Of a stretch of DNA of 64,000 nucleotides, positions 1 through 13,990 are shown one piece after another. Under the pieces are notes generated by a model. The model saw nothing but the letters and a program-made list of their open reading frames with translations, was not told the origin of the DNA and did not search any database. The DNA lies in assembly GCA_030141605.1 (NCBI GenBank), contig JAQGDQ010000126.1, forward strand, positions 1 to 64,000, in the 5' to 3' direction. The translations under genes and the position numbers were made by a program. This stretch comes from Tubiluchus corallicola. Taxonomy: Eukaryota; Animalia; Priapulida. Within the stretch, counting starts at the first letter, position 1; every line of letters starts with the position of its first letter.

Positions 1-3000
1 CTTCTACCGGCAATTCTAAGCGTCTTAACAGAGACACACACACAGATAGCCTCATTTAGCTTGTCACAAGACATGCATAGCCAGACTGAAGTGTTTGGTT
101 CTAAGGCTTGGAAAACAAATAAAAACATCTAATCAGAACTCATCTAAAGCAATCTCAACATATCTTGATACAAAAAATGTTCTACCAGTCTCAAGTACCT
201 GGCAAAAGAGTGCTACAGGCAAAGTCAAGCATCTTAACAGAGACAAACACAGGCAGTCTCAATTAGCTTGACCCAAGACATGCATAGCGAAACTTAAGCG
301 TCTGGTTCTAAGAGTAGGAAAACGAATTAAAGCATCTATCACAACTTATCTAAAGCAGTCTAAAACATCTGGACAGAAAACATATTCCGCTAATCTCAAG
401 TATCAAAAGACTTCTACAGGCAATACTAAGCGCCTTAACAGAGACATACACTGATATCCTCAATAAGCTTCTCAGAGGACATATATGACCAAACGTAAGC
501 ATCTGGTAATGACAGTTCTACAGGCAAAATCAAGCATCTTAACAGAGACAAACACAAGGCAGTCTCAATTAGCTTGACCCAAGACATGCATAGCGAAACT
601 TAAGCGTCTGGTTCTAAGAGTAGGAAAACGAATTAAAGCATCTATCACAACTTATCTAAAGCAGTCTAAAACATCTGGACAGAAAACATATTCCGCTAAT
701 CTCAAGTATCAAAAGATTCTACAGGCAATACTAAGCGCCTTAACAGAGACATACACTGATATCCTCAATAAGCTTCTCAGAGGACATATATGACCAAACG
801 TAAGCATCTGGTAATGACAGTTCTACAGGCAAAATCAAGCATCTTAACAGAGACAAACACAAGGCAGTCTCAATTAGCTTGACCCAAGACATGCGTAGCC
901 AAACTTAAGCGTCTGGTTCTAAGAGTAGGAAAACGAATTAAAGCATCTATCACAACTTATCTAAAGCAGTCTAAAACATCTGGACAGAAAACATATTCCG
1001 CTAATCTTAAGTATCAAAAGACTTCTACAGGCAATACTAAGCGCCTTAACAGAGACATACACATATATCCTCAATCAGCTTCTCAGAGGACATATATGGC
1101 CAAACTTAAGCTTCTGGAAATGTCAGTTTTATTCTCAATCTCGTGTACCTGATCAGGAGAAATCTGCAGAAATGCATTGCCGATCTCAAGTATCCCGGCA
1201 AAAGACTTCTACCGGCAATGCTAAGCGTCTTAACAGAGACACACACACAGATAGCCTCAATTAGCTTGTCACAAGACATGCATAGCCAAACTTGAGCGTC
1301 TGGTTCTAAAGCTCGGAAAACTATTTAAAACATCTAGTCAGAACTCATCTAGAGCAGTCCTAATCATCTGAACAGAAGAAATGTACTGCTATTCTCAACT
1401 ATATGGCAGAAGACTTCTACAGGCAATACTAAGCGCCTTAACAGAGACATACACAGATATCCTCAATCAGCTTCTCAGAGGACACATATGACCAAACGTA
1501 AGCGTCTGGTAATAGCAGCTCTATTCTCACTCTCATGTACTTGATCAGCAGAAATCTGCAGGAATCTCATCGTTTGGTACGATGGCATAGAAACAGGCGA
1601 ATTCAGCCGTTTGGTACGATACCTATAAGCAATCTAAAACATCTGCTGAGACTTCAAGTCTCAAGATATCCATATCCAATCCCATTAATCTGTCACGATC
1701 TACAATCAAATTGCAGCATCTGGTTCAGAACTTATCTAAAGCAATCTCAAACATCTGGACAGAAAACATATACTGCTAATTTCAAGTATCCCGGCAAAAG
1801 ACTTCTACCGGCAATTCTAAGCGTCTTAACAGAGACACACACACAGATAGCCTCAATTAGCTTGTCACAAGACATGCATAGCCAGACTGAAGTGTTTGGT
1901 TCTAAGGCTTGGAAAACAAATAAAAACATCTAATCAGAACTCATCTAAAGCAATCTCAACATATCTTGATACAAAAAATGTTCTACCAGTCTCAAGTACC
2001 TGGCAAAAGAGTGCTACAGGCAAAGTCAAGCATCTTAACAGAGACAAACACAGGCAGTCTCAATTAGCTTGACCCAAGACATGCATAGCGAAACTTAAGC
2101 GTCTGGTTCTAAGAGTAGGAAAACGAATTAAAGCATCTATCACAACTTATCTAAAGCAGTCTAAAACATCTGGACAGAAAACATATTCCGCTAATCTCAA
2201 GTATCAAAAGACTTCTACAGGCAATACTAAGCGCCTTAACAGAGACATACACTGATATCCTCAATAAGCTTCTCAGAGGACATATATGACCAAACGTAAG
2301 CATCTGGTAATGACAGTTCTACAGGCAAAGTCAAGCATCTTAACAGAGACAAACACAAGGCAGTCTCAATTAGCTTGACCCAAGACATGCGTAGCAAAAC
2401 TTAAGCGTCTGGTTCTAAGAGTTGGAAAACGAATTAAAGCATCTATCACAACTCATCTGAAGCAGTCTAAAACATCTGGACAGAAAACATATTCCGCTAA
2501 TCTCAAGTATCAAAAGATTCTACAGGCCATACTAAGCGCTTAACAGAGACATACACATATATCCTCAATCAGCTTCTCAGAGGACATATATGGCCAAACT
2601 TAAGCTTCTGGAAATGTCAGTTTTACAGGCAATGCCAAGCGTCTTAACAGAGACACACACAAGATAGCCTCAATTAGCTTGTCACAAGACATGCATAGCC
2701 AAACTTGAGCGTCTGGTTCTAAAGTCGGAAAACTATTTAAAACATCTAGTGAACTCATCAGCAGAAATCTGCAGAAATGTACTGCTGATCTCAAGTATAT
2801 GGCAGAAGACTTCTACCGGCAATGCTAAGCGTCTTAACAGAGACACACACACAGATAGCCTCAATTAGCTTGTCACAAGACATGCATAGCCAAACTTGAG
2901 CGTCTGGTTCTAAAGCTCGGAAAACTATTTAAAACATCTAGTCAGAACTCATCTAGAGCAGTCCTAATCATCTGAACAGAAGAAATGTACTGCTATTCTC

Positions 3001-6000
3001 AACTATATGGCAGAAGACTTCTACAGGCAATACTAAGCGCCTTAACAGAGACATACACAGATATCCTCAATCAGCTTCTCAGAGGACATATATGACCAAA
3101 CGTAAGCGTCTGGTAATAGCAGCTCTATTCTCACTCTCATGTACCTGATCAGGAGAAATCTGCAGAAATGCACTGCCGGTCTCAAGTATCAGGCAAAAGA
3201 GTGCTACAGGCATTAGTAAGCGTCTTAACAGAGACATACACAGACAGCCTCAGTCAACTTGTCAGAGGACATATGAGGCCAAACTTGAGCATCTGGTAAT
3301 GACAGCTCTACAGGCAAAATCAAGCATCTTAACAGAGACAAACACATGCAGTCTCAATTAGCTTGACCCAAGACATGCATAGCCAAACTTAAGCGTCTGG
3401 TTCTAAGAGTAGGAAAACGAATTAAAGCATCTATCACAACTCATCTGAAGCAGTCTAAAACATCTGGATACAAAAAATGTACTGCCAGTCTCAAGTATCT
3501 GACAAAAAAGTGCTACAGGCATTAGTAAGCGTCTTAACAGAGACATACACAGACAGCCTCAGTCAGCTTGTCAGAGGACATATGAGGCCAAACTTGAGCA
3601 TCTGGTAATGACAGTTCTACCGGCAAAGTCAAGCGTCTTAACACAGACAAACACAGGCAGTCTCAATTAGCTTGACCCAAGACATGCATAGCCAAACTTA
3701 AGCGTCTGGTTCTAAGAGTAGGAAAACGAATTAAAGCATCTATCACAACTTATCTAAAGCAGTCTAAAACATCTGGACAGAAAACATATTCGGCTAATCT
3801 CAAGTATCAAAAGACTTCTACAGGCAATACTAAGCGCCTTAACAGAGACATACACTGATATCCTCAATAAGCTTCTCAGAGGACATATATGACCAAACGT
3901 AAGCATCTGGTAATGACAGTTCTACAGGCAAAATCAAGCATCTTAACAGAGACAAACACAAGGCAGTCTCAATTAGCTTGACCCAAGACATGCGTAGCAA
4001 AACTTAAGCGTCTGGTTCTAAGAGTAGGAAAACGAATTAGAGCATCTATCACAACTTATCTAAAGCAGTCTAAAACATCTGGACAGAAAACATATTCCGC
4101 TAATCTCAAGTATCAAAAGATTCTACAGGCCATACTAAGCGCCTTAACAGAGACATACACTGATATCCTCAATAAGCTTCTCAGAGGACATATATGACCA
4201 AACGTAAGCATCTGGTAATGACAGTTCTACAGGCAAAATCAAGCATCTTAACAGAGACAAACACAAGGCAGTCTCTATTAGCTTGACCCAAGACATGCGT
4301 AGCCAAACTTAAGCGTCTGGTTCTAAGAGTAGGAAAACGAATTAAAGCATCTATCACAACTTATCTAAAGCAGTCTAAAACATCTGGACAGAAAACATAT
4401 TCCGCTAATCTCAAGTATCAAAAGACTTCTACAGGCAATACTAAGCGCCTTAACAGAGACATACACAGATATCCTCAATCAGCTTCTCAGAGGACATATA
4501 TGGCCAAACTTAAGCTTCTGGAAATGTCAGTTTTATTCTCAATCTCGTGTACCTGATCAGGAGAAATCTGCAGAAATGCATTGCCGATCTCAAGTATCCC
4601 GTCAAAAGACTTTTACCGGCAATGCTAAGCGTCTTAACAGAGACATACACAGGCACCCTCAATTAGCTCATACCAAGACATGCATAGCCAAACTTGAGCG
4701 TCTGGTTCTAAAGCTCGGAAAACTATTTAAAACATCTAGTCAGAACTCATCTAGAGCAGTCCTAATCATCTGAACAGAAGAAATGTACTGCTAATCTCAA
4801 CTATATGGCAGAAGACTTCTACAGGCAATACTAAGCGCCTTAACAGAGACATACACAGATATCCTCAATCAGCTTCTCAGAGGACATATATGGCCAAACT
4901 TAAGCTTCTGGAAATGTCAGTTTTATTCTCAATCTCGTGTACCTGATCAGGAGAAATCTGCAGAAATGCACTGCCGATCTCAAGTATCCCGGCAAAAGAC
5001 TTCTACCGTCAATGCTAAGCGTCTTAACAGAGACATACACAGGCACCCTCAATTAGCTCATACCAAGACATGCATAGCCAAACTTGAGCGTTTGGTTCTA
5101 AAGCTTGGAAAACGATTTAAAACATCTAGTCAGAACTGATCTAAAGCAATGTCAAACATCTGGATAGAAAAAATGTACTGCTAGTCTCAAGTATCTGGCA
5201 AGAAGACTTCTACAGGCAATGCCAAGCATCTTAACAGAGACACACACACATATAACCTCAATTAGCTTGTCACAAGACATGCATAGCCAGACTGAAGCGT
5301 TTGGTTCTAAGCTATGTCAAACATCTGGATACAAAAAATGTACTACCAGTCTCAAGTATCTGGCAAAAGACTGCTACAAGCATTACTAAGCGTCATAACA
5401 GAGACATACCCAGGAGCCTCAGTCAGCTTCTCAGAGGACATATATGACCAAACGTAAGCATCTGGTAATAGCAGCTCTATTCTCACTCTCATGTACCTTG
5501 ATCAGGAGAAATCTGCAGAAATGCACTGCCGGTCTCAAGTATCTGGCAAAAGACTTCTACCGTCAATGCTAAGCGTCTTATCAGAGACATACACAGGCAC
5601 CCTCAATTAGCTTTCCAAGGCATGCATAGCCAAACTTGAGCGTCTGGTTCTAAAGCTTGGAAAACAAATTAAAACATATAGTCAGAACTGACAAAGCAAT
5701 GTCAAACATCTGCATACAAAAAATGTACTACCAGTCTCAAGTACCTGGCAAAAGAGTGCTACAGGCATTACTAAGCGCCTTAACAGAGACATACACAGAC
5801 AGACTCAGTCAGCTATTCAGAGGACATATGAGGCCAAACTTGAGCATCTGGTAATGACAGTTCTACAGGCAAAGTCAAGCGTCTTAACAGAGACAAACAC
5901 AGGCAGTCTCAATTAGCTTGACCCAAGACATGCATAGCCAAACTTAAGCGTCTGGTTCTAAGAGTAGGAAAACGAATTAAAGCATCTATCACAACTTATC

Positions 6001-9000
6001 TAAAGCAGTCTAAAACATCTGGACAGAAAACATATTCCGCTAATCTCAAGATTCAAAAGACTTCTACAGGCAATACGAAGCGCCTTAACAGAGACATACA
6101 CTGATATCCTCAATAAGCTTCTCAGAGGACATATATGACCAAACGTAAGCATCTGGTAATGACAGTCAAGGCAAAATCAAGCATCTTAACAGAGACAAAC
6201 ACAAGGACTATTAGCTTGAACCAAGACATGGTAGCAAAACTTAAGCGTCTGGTTCTAAGAGTAGGAAAACGAATTAGAGCATCTATCACAACTTATCTAA
6301 AGCAGTCTAAAACATCTGGACAGAAAACATATTCCGCTAATCTCAAGTATCAAAAGATTCTACAGGCCATACTGAGCGCCTTAACAGAGACATACACTGA
6401 TATCCTCAATAAGCTTCTCAGAGGACATATATGACCAAACGTAAGCATCTGGTAATGACAGTTCTACAGGCAAAATCACATCTTAACAGAGACAAACACA
6501 CAGTCTCTATTAGCTTGACCCAAGACATGCGTAGCCAAACTTAAGCGTCTGGTTCTAAGAGTAGGAAAACGAATTAAAGATCTATCACAACTATCTAAAG
6601 CAGTCTAAAACATCTGGACAGAAAACATATTCCGCTAATCTCAAGTATCAAAAGACTTCTACAGGCAATACTAAGCGCCTCAACAGAGACATACACAGAT
6701 ATCCTCAATCAGCTTCTCAGAGGACATATATGGCCAAACTTGAGCTTCTGGAAATGTCAGTTTTATTCTCAATCTCGTGTACCTGATCAGGAGAAATCTG
6801 CAGAAATGCATTGCCGATCTCAAGTATCCCGTCAAAAGACTTTTACCGGCAATGCTAAGCGTCTTAACAGAGACACACAGATAGCCTCAATTAGCTTGTC
6901 ACAAGACGCATAGCCAAACTTGAGCGTCTGGTTCTAAAGCTCGGAAAACTATTTAAAACATCTAGTCAGAACTCATCTAGAGCAGTCCTAATCATCTGAA
7001 CAGAAGAAATGTACTGCTAATCTCAACTATATGGCAGAAGACTTCTACAGGCAATACTAAGCGCCTTAACAGAGACATACAAAGATATCCTCAATCAGCT
7101 TCTCAGAGGACATATATGGCCAAACTTAAGCTTCTGGAAATGTCAGTTTTATTCTCAATCTCGTGTACCTGATCAGGAGAAATCTGCAGAAATGCACTGC
7201 CGGTCTCAAGTATCTCGGCAAAAGACTTCTACCGTCAATGCTAAGCGTCTTATCAGAGACATACACAGGCACCCTCAATTAGCTCATCCCAAGGCATGCA
7301 TAGCCAAACTTGAGCGTCTGGTTCTAAAGCTTGGAAAACGATTTAAAACATGTAGTCAGAACTGACTTAAAGCAATGTCAAACATCTGGATACAAAAAAT
7401 GTACTACCAGTCTCAAGTATCTGGCAAGAAGACTTCTACAGGCAATGCCAAGCATCTTAACAGAGACACACACACATATAACCTCAATTAGCTTGTCACA
7501 AGACATGCATAGCCAGACTGAAGCGTTTGGTTCTAAGCTATGTCAAACATCTGGATACAAAAAATGTACTACCAGTCTCAAGTATCTGGCAAAAGACTGC
7601 TACAAGCATTACTAAGCGTCATAACAGAGACATACCCAGGCAGCCTCAGTCAGCTTATCAGAGGACATATATGACCAAACGTAAGCATCTGGTAATAGCA
7701 GCTCTATTCTCACTCTCATGTACCTCTGATCAGGAGAAATCTGCAGAAATGCACTGCCGGTCTCAAGTATCTCGGCAAAAGACTTCTACCGTCAATGCTA
7801 AGCGTCTTATCAGAGACATACACAGGCACCCTCAATTAGCTCATTCCAAGGCATGCATAGCCAAACTTGAGCGTCTGGTTCTAAAGCTTGGAAAGCAAAT
7901 TAAAACATATAGTCAGAACTGACAAAGCAATGTCAAACATCTGGATACAAAAAATGTACTACCAGTCTCAAGTACCTGGCAAAAGAGTGCTACAGGCATT
8001 ACTAAGCACCTTAACAGAGACATACACAGACAGACTCAGTCAGCTATTCAGAGGACATATGAGGCCAAACTTGAGCATCTGGTAATGACAGTTCTACAGG
8101 CAAAATCAAGCATCTTAACAGAGACAAACACAAGGCAGTCTGTATTAGCTTGACCCAAGACATGCATAGCCAAACTTAAGCGTCTGGTTCTAAGAGTAGG
8201 AAAACGAATTAAAGCATCTATTTTGTGTGTTCATATGCAAAGACTTTACGGCAATGTAAGCGTCTTAACAGAGACACACACACAGATAGCCTCAATTAGC
8301 TTGTCACAAGACATGCATAGCCAACTTGAGCGTCTGGTTCTAAAGCTCGGAAAACTATTTAAAACATCTAGTCAAAACTCATCTAGAGCAGTCCTAATCA
8401 TCTGAACAGAAGAAATGTACTGCTATTCTCAACTATATGGCAGAAGACTTCTACAGGCAATACTAAGCGCCTTAACAGAGACATACACAGATATCCTCAA
8501 TCAGCTTCTCAGAGGACATATATGACCAAACGTAAGCGTCTGGTAATAGCAGCTCTATTCTCACTCTCATGTACCTGATCAGGAGAAATCTGCAGAAATG
8601 CACTGCCGGTCTCAAGTATCAGGCAAAAGAGTGCTACAGGCATTAGTAAGCGTCTTAACAGAGACATACACAGACAGCCTCAGTCAACTTGTCAGAGGAC
8701 ATATGAGGCCAAACTTGAGCATCTGGTAATGACAGCTCTACAGGCAAAATCAAGCATCTTAACAGAGACAAACACAGGCAGTCTCAATTAGCTTGACCCA
8801 AGACATGCATAGCCAAACTTAAGCGTCTGGTTCTAAGAGTAGGAAAACGAATTAAAGCATCTATCACAACTTATCTAAAGCAGTCTAAAACATCTGGACA
8901 GAAAACATATTCCGCTAATCTCAAGTATCAAAAGACTTCTACAGGCAATACTAAGCGCCTTAACAGAGACATACACTGATATCCTCAATAAGCTTCTCAG

Positions 9001-12000
9001 AGGACATATATGACCAAACGTAAGCATCTGGTAATGACAGTTCTACAGGCAAAATCAAGCATCTTAACAGAGACAAACACAAGGCAGTCTCAATTAGCTT
9101 GACCCAAGACATGCGTAGCAAAACTTAAGCGTCTGGTTCTAAGAGTAGGAAAACGAATTAAAGCATCTATCACAACTTATCTAAAGCAGTCTAAAACATC
9201 TGGACAGAAAACATATTCCGCTAATCTCAAGTATCAAAAGATTCTACAGGCCATACTAAGCGCCTTAACAGAGACATACACTGATATCCTCAATAAGCTT
9301 CTCAGAGGACATATATGACCAAACGTAAGCATCTGGTAATGACAGTTCTACAGGCAAAATCAAGCATCTTAACAGAGACAAACACAAGGCAGTCTCTATT
9401 AGCTTGACCCAAGACATGCGTAGCCAAACTTAAGCGTCTGGTTCTAAGAGTAGGAAAACGAATTAAAGCATCTATCACAACTTATCTAAAGCAGTCTAAA
9501 ACATCTGGACAGAAAACATATTCCGCTAATCTCAAGTATCAAAAGACTTCTACAGGCAATACTAAGCGCCTTAACAGAGACATACACATATATCCTCAAT
9601 CAGCTTCTCAGAGGACATATATGGCCAAACTTAAGCTTCTGGAAATGTCAGTTTTATTCTCAATCTCGTGTACCTGATCAGGAGAAATCTGCAGAAATGC
9701 ATTGCCGATCTCAAGTATCCCGTCAAAAGACTTTTACCGGCAATGCTAAGCGTCTTAACAGAGACACACACACAGATAGCCTCAATTAGCTTGTCACAAG
9801 ACATGCATAGCCAAACTTGAGCGTCTGGTTCTAAAGCTCGGAAAACTATTTAAAACATCTAGTCAGAACTCATCTAGAGCAGTCCTAATCATCTGAACAG
9901 AAGAAATGTACTGCTATTCTCAACTATATGGCAGAAGACTTCTACAGGCAATACTAAGCGCCTTAACAGAGACATACACAGATATCCTCAATCAGCTTCT
10001 CAGAGGACATATATGGCCAAACTTAAGCTTCTGGAATGCAGTTTATTCTCATCTCTGTATGATCAGAGAAATCTGCAGAAATGCCGGTCTCAATTCGGCA
10101 AAAGATTACGCATTGTCTTACAGAGACACAAGCCTCAATTAGCTTCCAAGCATGCATAACTGGTCTGGTTCTAAAGCTCGGAAAACTATTTAAAACATCT
10201 AGTCAGAACTCATCTAGAGCAGTCAATCATCTGAACAGAAGAAATGTACTGCTATTCTCAACTATATGGCAGAAGACTTCTACAGGCAATACTAAGCGCC
10301 TTAACAGAGACATACACAGATATCCTCAATCAGCTTCTCAGAGGACATATATGACCAAACGTAAGCGTCTGGTAATAGCAGCTCTATTCTCACTCTCATG
10401 TACCTGATCAGGAGAAATCTGCAGAAATGCACTGCCGGTCTCAAGTATCAGGCAAAAGAGTGCTACAGGCATTAGTAAGCGTCTTAACAGAGACATACAC
10501 AGACAGCCTCAGTCAACTTGTCAGAGGACATATGAGGCCAAACTTGAGCATCTGGTAATGACAGCTCTACAGGCAAAATCAAGCATCTTAACAGAGACAA
10601 ACACAGGCAGTCTCAATTAGCTTGACCCAAGACATGCATAGCCAAACTTAAGCGTCTGGTTCTAAGAGTAGGAAAACGAATTAAAGCATCTATCACAACT
10701 TATCTAAAGCAGTCTAAAACATCTGGACAGAAAACATATTACTCTATTCTCAGTTAAAAAGACTTCTACAGGCGTACGGCGCTTAACAGAGACATACACT
10801 GTATCCTCGTTAAGCTTCTCAGAGGACATATATGACAAACGTGAGCATCTGGTAATGACAGTTCTACAGGCAAAATCAAGCATCTTAACAGAGACAAACA
10901 CAAGGCAGTCTCAATTAGCTTGACCCAAGACATGGAGAAACTTAAGCGTCTGGTTCTAAGAGTAGGAAAACGAATTAGAGCATCTATCACAACTTATCTA
11001 AAGCAGTCTAAAACATCTGGACAGAAAACATATTCCGCTAATCTCAAGTATCAAAAGATTCTACAGGCCATACTGAGCGCCTTAACAGAGACATACACTG
11101 ATATCCTCAATAAGCTTCTCAGAGGACATATATGACCAAACGTAAGCATCTGGTAATGACAGTTCTACAGACAAAATCAAGCATCTTAACAGAGACAAAC
11201 ACAAGGCAGTCTCTATTAGCTTGACCCAAGACATGCGTAGCCAAACTTAAGCGTCTGGTTCTAAGAGTAGGAAAACGAATTAAAGCATCTATCACAACTT
11301 ATCTAAAGCAGTCTAAAACATCTGGACAGAAAACATATTCCGCTAATCTCAAGTATCAAAAGACTTCTACAGGCAATACTAAGCGCCTCAACAGAGACGT
11401 ACACAGATATCCTCAATCAGCTTCTCAGAGGACATATATGGCCAAACTTGAGCTTCTGGAAATGTCAGTTTTATTCTCAATCTCGTGTACCTGATCAGGA
11501 GAAATCTGCAGAAATGCATTGCCGATCTCAAGTATCCCGTCAAAAGACTTTTACCGGCAATGCTGAGCGTCTTAACAGAGACACACACACAGATAGCCTC
11601 AATTAGCTTGTCACAAGACATGCATAGCCAAACTTGAGCGTCTGGTTCTAAAGCTCGGAAAACTATTTAAAACATCTAGTCAGAACTCATCTAGAGCAGT
11701 CCTAATCATCTGAACAGAAGAAATGTACTGCTAATCTCAACTATATGGCAGAAGACTTCTACAGGCAATACTAAGCGCCTTAACAGAGACATACACAGAT
11801 ATCCTCAATCAGCTTCTCAGAGGACATATATGGCCAAACTTAAGCTTCTGGAAATGTCAGTTTTATTCTCAATCTCGTGTACCTGATCAGGAGAAATCTG
11901 CAGAAATGCACTGCCGGTCTCAAGTATCTCGGCAAAAGACTTCTACCGTCAATGCTAAGCGTCTTATCAGAGACATACACAGGCACCCTCAATTAGCTCA

Positions 12001-13780
12001 TCCCAAGGCATGCATAGCCAAACTTGAGCGTCTGGTTCTAAAGCTTGGAAAACGATTTAAAACATGTAGTCAGAACTGACTTAAAGCAATGTCAAACATC
12101 TGGATACAAAAAATGTACTACCAGTCTCAAGTATCTGGCAAGAAGACTTCTACAGGCAATGCCAAGCATCTTAACAGAGACACACACACATATAACCTCA
12201 ATTAGCTTGTCACAAGACATGCATAGCCAGACTGAAGCGTTTGGTTCTAAGCTATGTCAAACATCTGGATACAAAAAATGTACTACCAGTCTCAAGTATC
12301 TGGCAAAAGACTGCTACAAGCATTACTAAGCGTCATAACAGAGACATACCCAGGCAGCCTCAGTCAGCTTCTCAGAGGACATATATGACCAAACGTAAGC
12401 ATCTGGTAATAGCAGCTCTATTCTCACTCTCATGTACCTCTGATCAGGAGAAATCTGCAGAAATGCACTGCCGGTCTCAAGTATCTCGGCAAAAGACTTC
12501 TACCGTCAATGCTAAGCGTCTTATCAGAGACATACACAGGCACCCTCAATTAGCTCATTCCAAGGCATGCATAGCCAAACTTGAGCGTCTGGTTCTAAAG
12601 CTTGGAAAGCAAATTAAAACATATAGTCAGAACTGACAAAGCAATGTCAAACATCTGGATACAAAAAATGTACTACCAGTCTCAAGTACCTGGCAAAAGA
12701 GTGCTACAGGCATTACTAAGCGCCTTAACAGAGACATACACAGACAGACTCAGTCAGCTATTCAGAGGACATATGAGGCCAAACTTGAGCATCTGGTAAT
12801 GACAGTTCTACAGGCAAAGTCAAGCGTCTTAACAGAGACAAACACAGACAGTCTCAATTAGCTTGACCCAAGACATGCATAGCCAGACTGAAGCGTCTGG
12901 TTCTAAGAGTTGGAAAACAAATTAAAACATATAGTCAGAACTGACTTAAAGCAGTGTCAAACATCTGGATACAAAAAATGTACTACCAGTCTCAAGTATC
13001 TGACAAAAGACTGCTACAGGCATTACTAAGCGTCTTAACAGAGACATACACAGTCAGCCTCAGTCAGCTTGTCAGAGGACATATGAGGCCAAACTTGAGC
13101 ATCTGGTAATGACAGTTCTACCGGCAAAGTCAAGCGTCTTGACAGAGACACACACAGATAGCCTCAATTAGCTTGTCACAAGACATGCATAGCCAAACTT
13201 GAGCGTCTGGTTCTGAAGCTTGGAAAACTATTTGAAACATCTTGTCAGGACTCATCTAGAGCAGTCCCAATCATCTGAACAGAAGAAATGTACTGCTAAT
13301 TTCAAGTATATGGTAGAAGACGTCTACAGGCAATGCCAAGCATCTTAACAGAGACACACACACACAGATAGCCTCAATTAGCTAGTAACAAGACATGCAT
13401 AGCCAAACGTGAGCGTCTGGTTCGAAAGCTTGGAAAACTATTTGAAACATCTTGTCAGGACTCATCTAGAGCAGTCCCAATCATCTGAGCAGAAGAAATG
13501 TACTGCTAATTTCAAGTATATGGTAGAAGACTTCTACAGGCAATGCCAAGCATCTTAACAGACACACACACACACGCACACGCACACGCACCCGCACGCG
13601 CACCCGCACACGCACACGCACACGCACACGCACACACACACACGCACACACACACAAAGCCTCAATCAGCTTGTCACAAGACATGCATAGCCACACTGAA
13701 GCGTTTGGTTCTAAGGCTTGGAAAACAAATTAAAACATATAGTCAGAACTGACTTAAAGCAATGTCAAACATCTGGATAC
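1..13780 (+). repeat. Young higher-order satellite array built from a ~35-bp monomer (runs off the left edge of the window)
   Basis: Anchors CTACAGGCAA...TTAACAGAGAC recur throughout. CAATACTAAG occurs at 421, 726 and 1032 (305-306 bp period), and that unit parses into nine 30-36 bp monomers. Position 1 repeats at 1802. ORF-track peptides at 7331/12045, 7527/12241 and 7888/12602 are near-identical (offset 4714). Confidence 0.97.
13560..13656. repeat. Compound (CA)n/(CACGCA)n microsatellite inside a satellite monomer
   Basis: Seen directly. It sits at the GAGACACACAC position of a monomer, and satellite sequence (AGCCTCAAT) resumes immediately after it. Confidence 0.95.
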
Positions 13781-13990
13781 GTGGGACCGAACAGCTACTT
13801 TGGAAAATCAACATACATGATGGACATTCCCTTCAAGAAGGTGCCACCAGACTTTCCAGACAGCCTGCCTGTAGCACAAAGGCGGCTTCAGTTTCTCAAA
13901 GTCCGTTTGAAGAAGAATCCTTCTCTGCATGAACAATATACGAAGAGTATCGAAGACTTATTGATGCGTGGCTATGCTGAAGCTGTCGAC
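13781..13990 (+). mobile_element. BEL/Pao LTR retrotransposon pol fragment (region just upstream of RT)
   Basis: YMMDIPFKKVPPDFPDSLPVAQRRLQFLKVRLKKNPSLHEQYTKSIEDLLMRGYAEAV fits the BEL/Pao pattern LPWK..LPDN...A.RRL..L..RL.K.P.L...Y.......GYAE.V. Confidence 0.85.

Noticed and set aside
1535-13752. Repetitive protein encoded by the satellite ORFs
   Set aside because: Monomer lengths are mostly not multiples of 3, stops occur in all frames, and the ORFs are short and simply recur with the repeat.
1-13780. CRISPR-like array (35-bp periodicity)
   Set aside because: There are no unique spacers between identical repeats; every segment is a homologous monomer. No cas genes are present and the context is eukaryotic.
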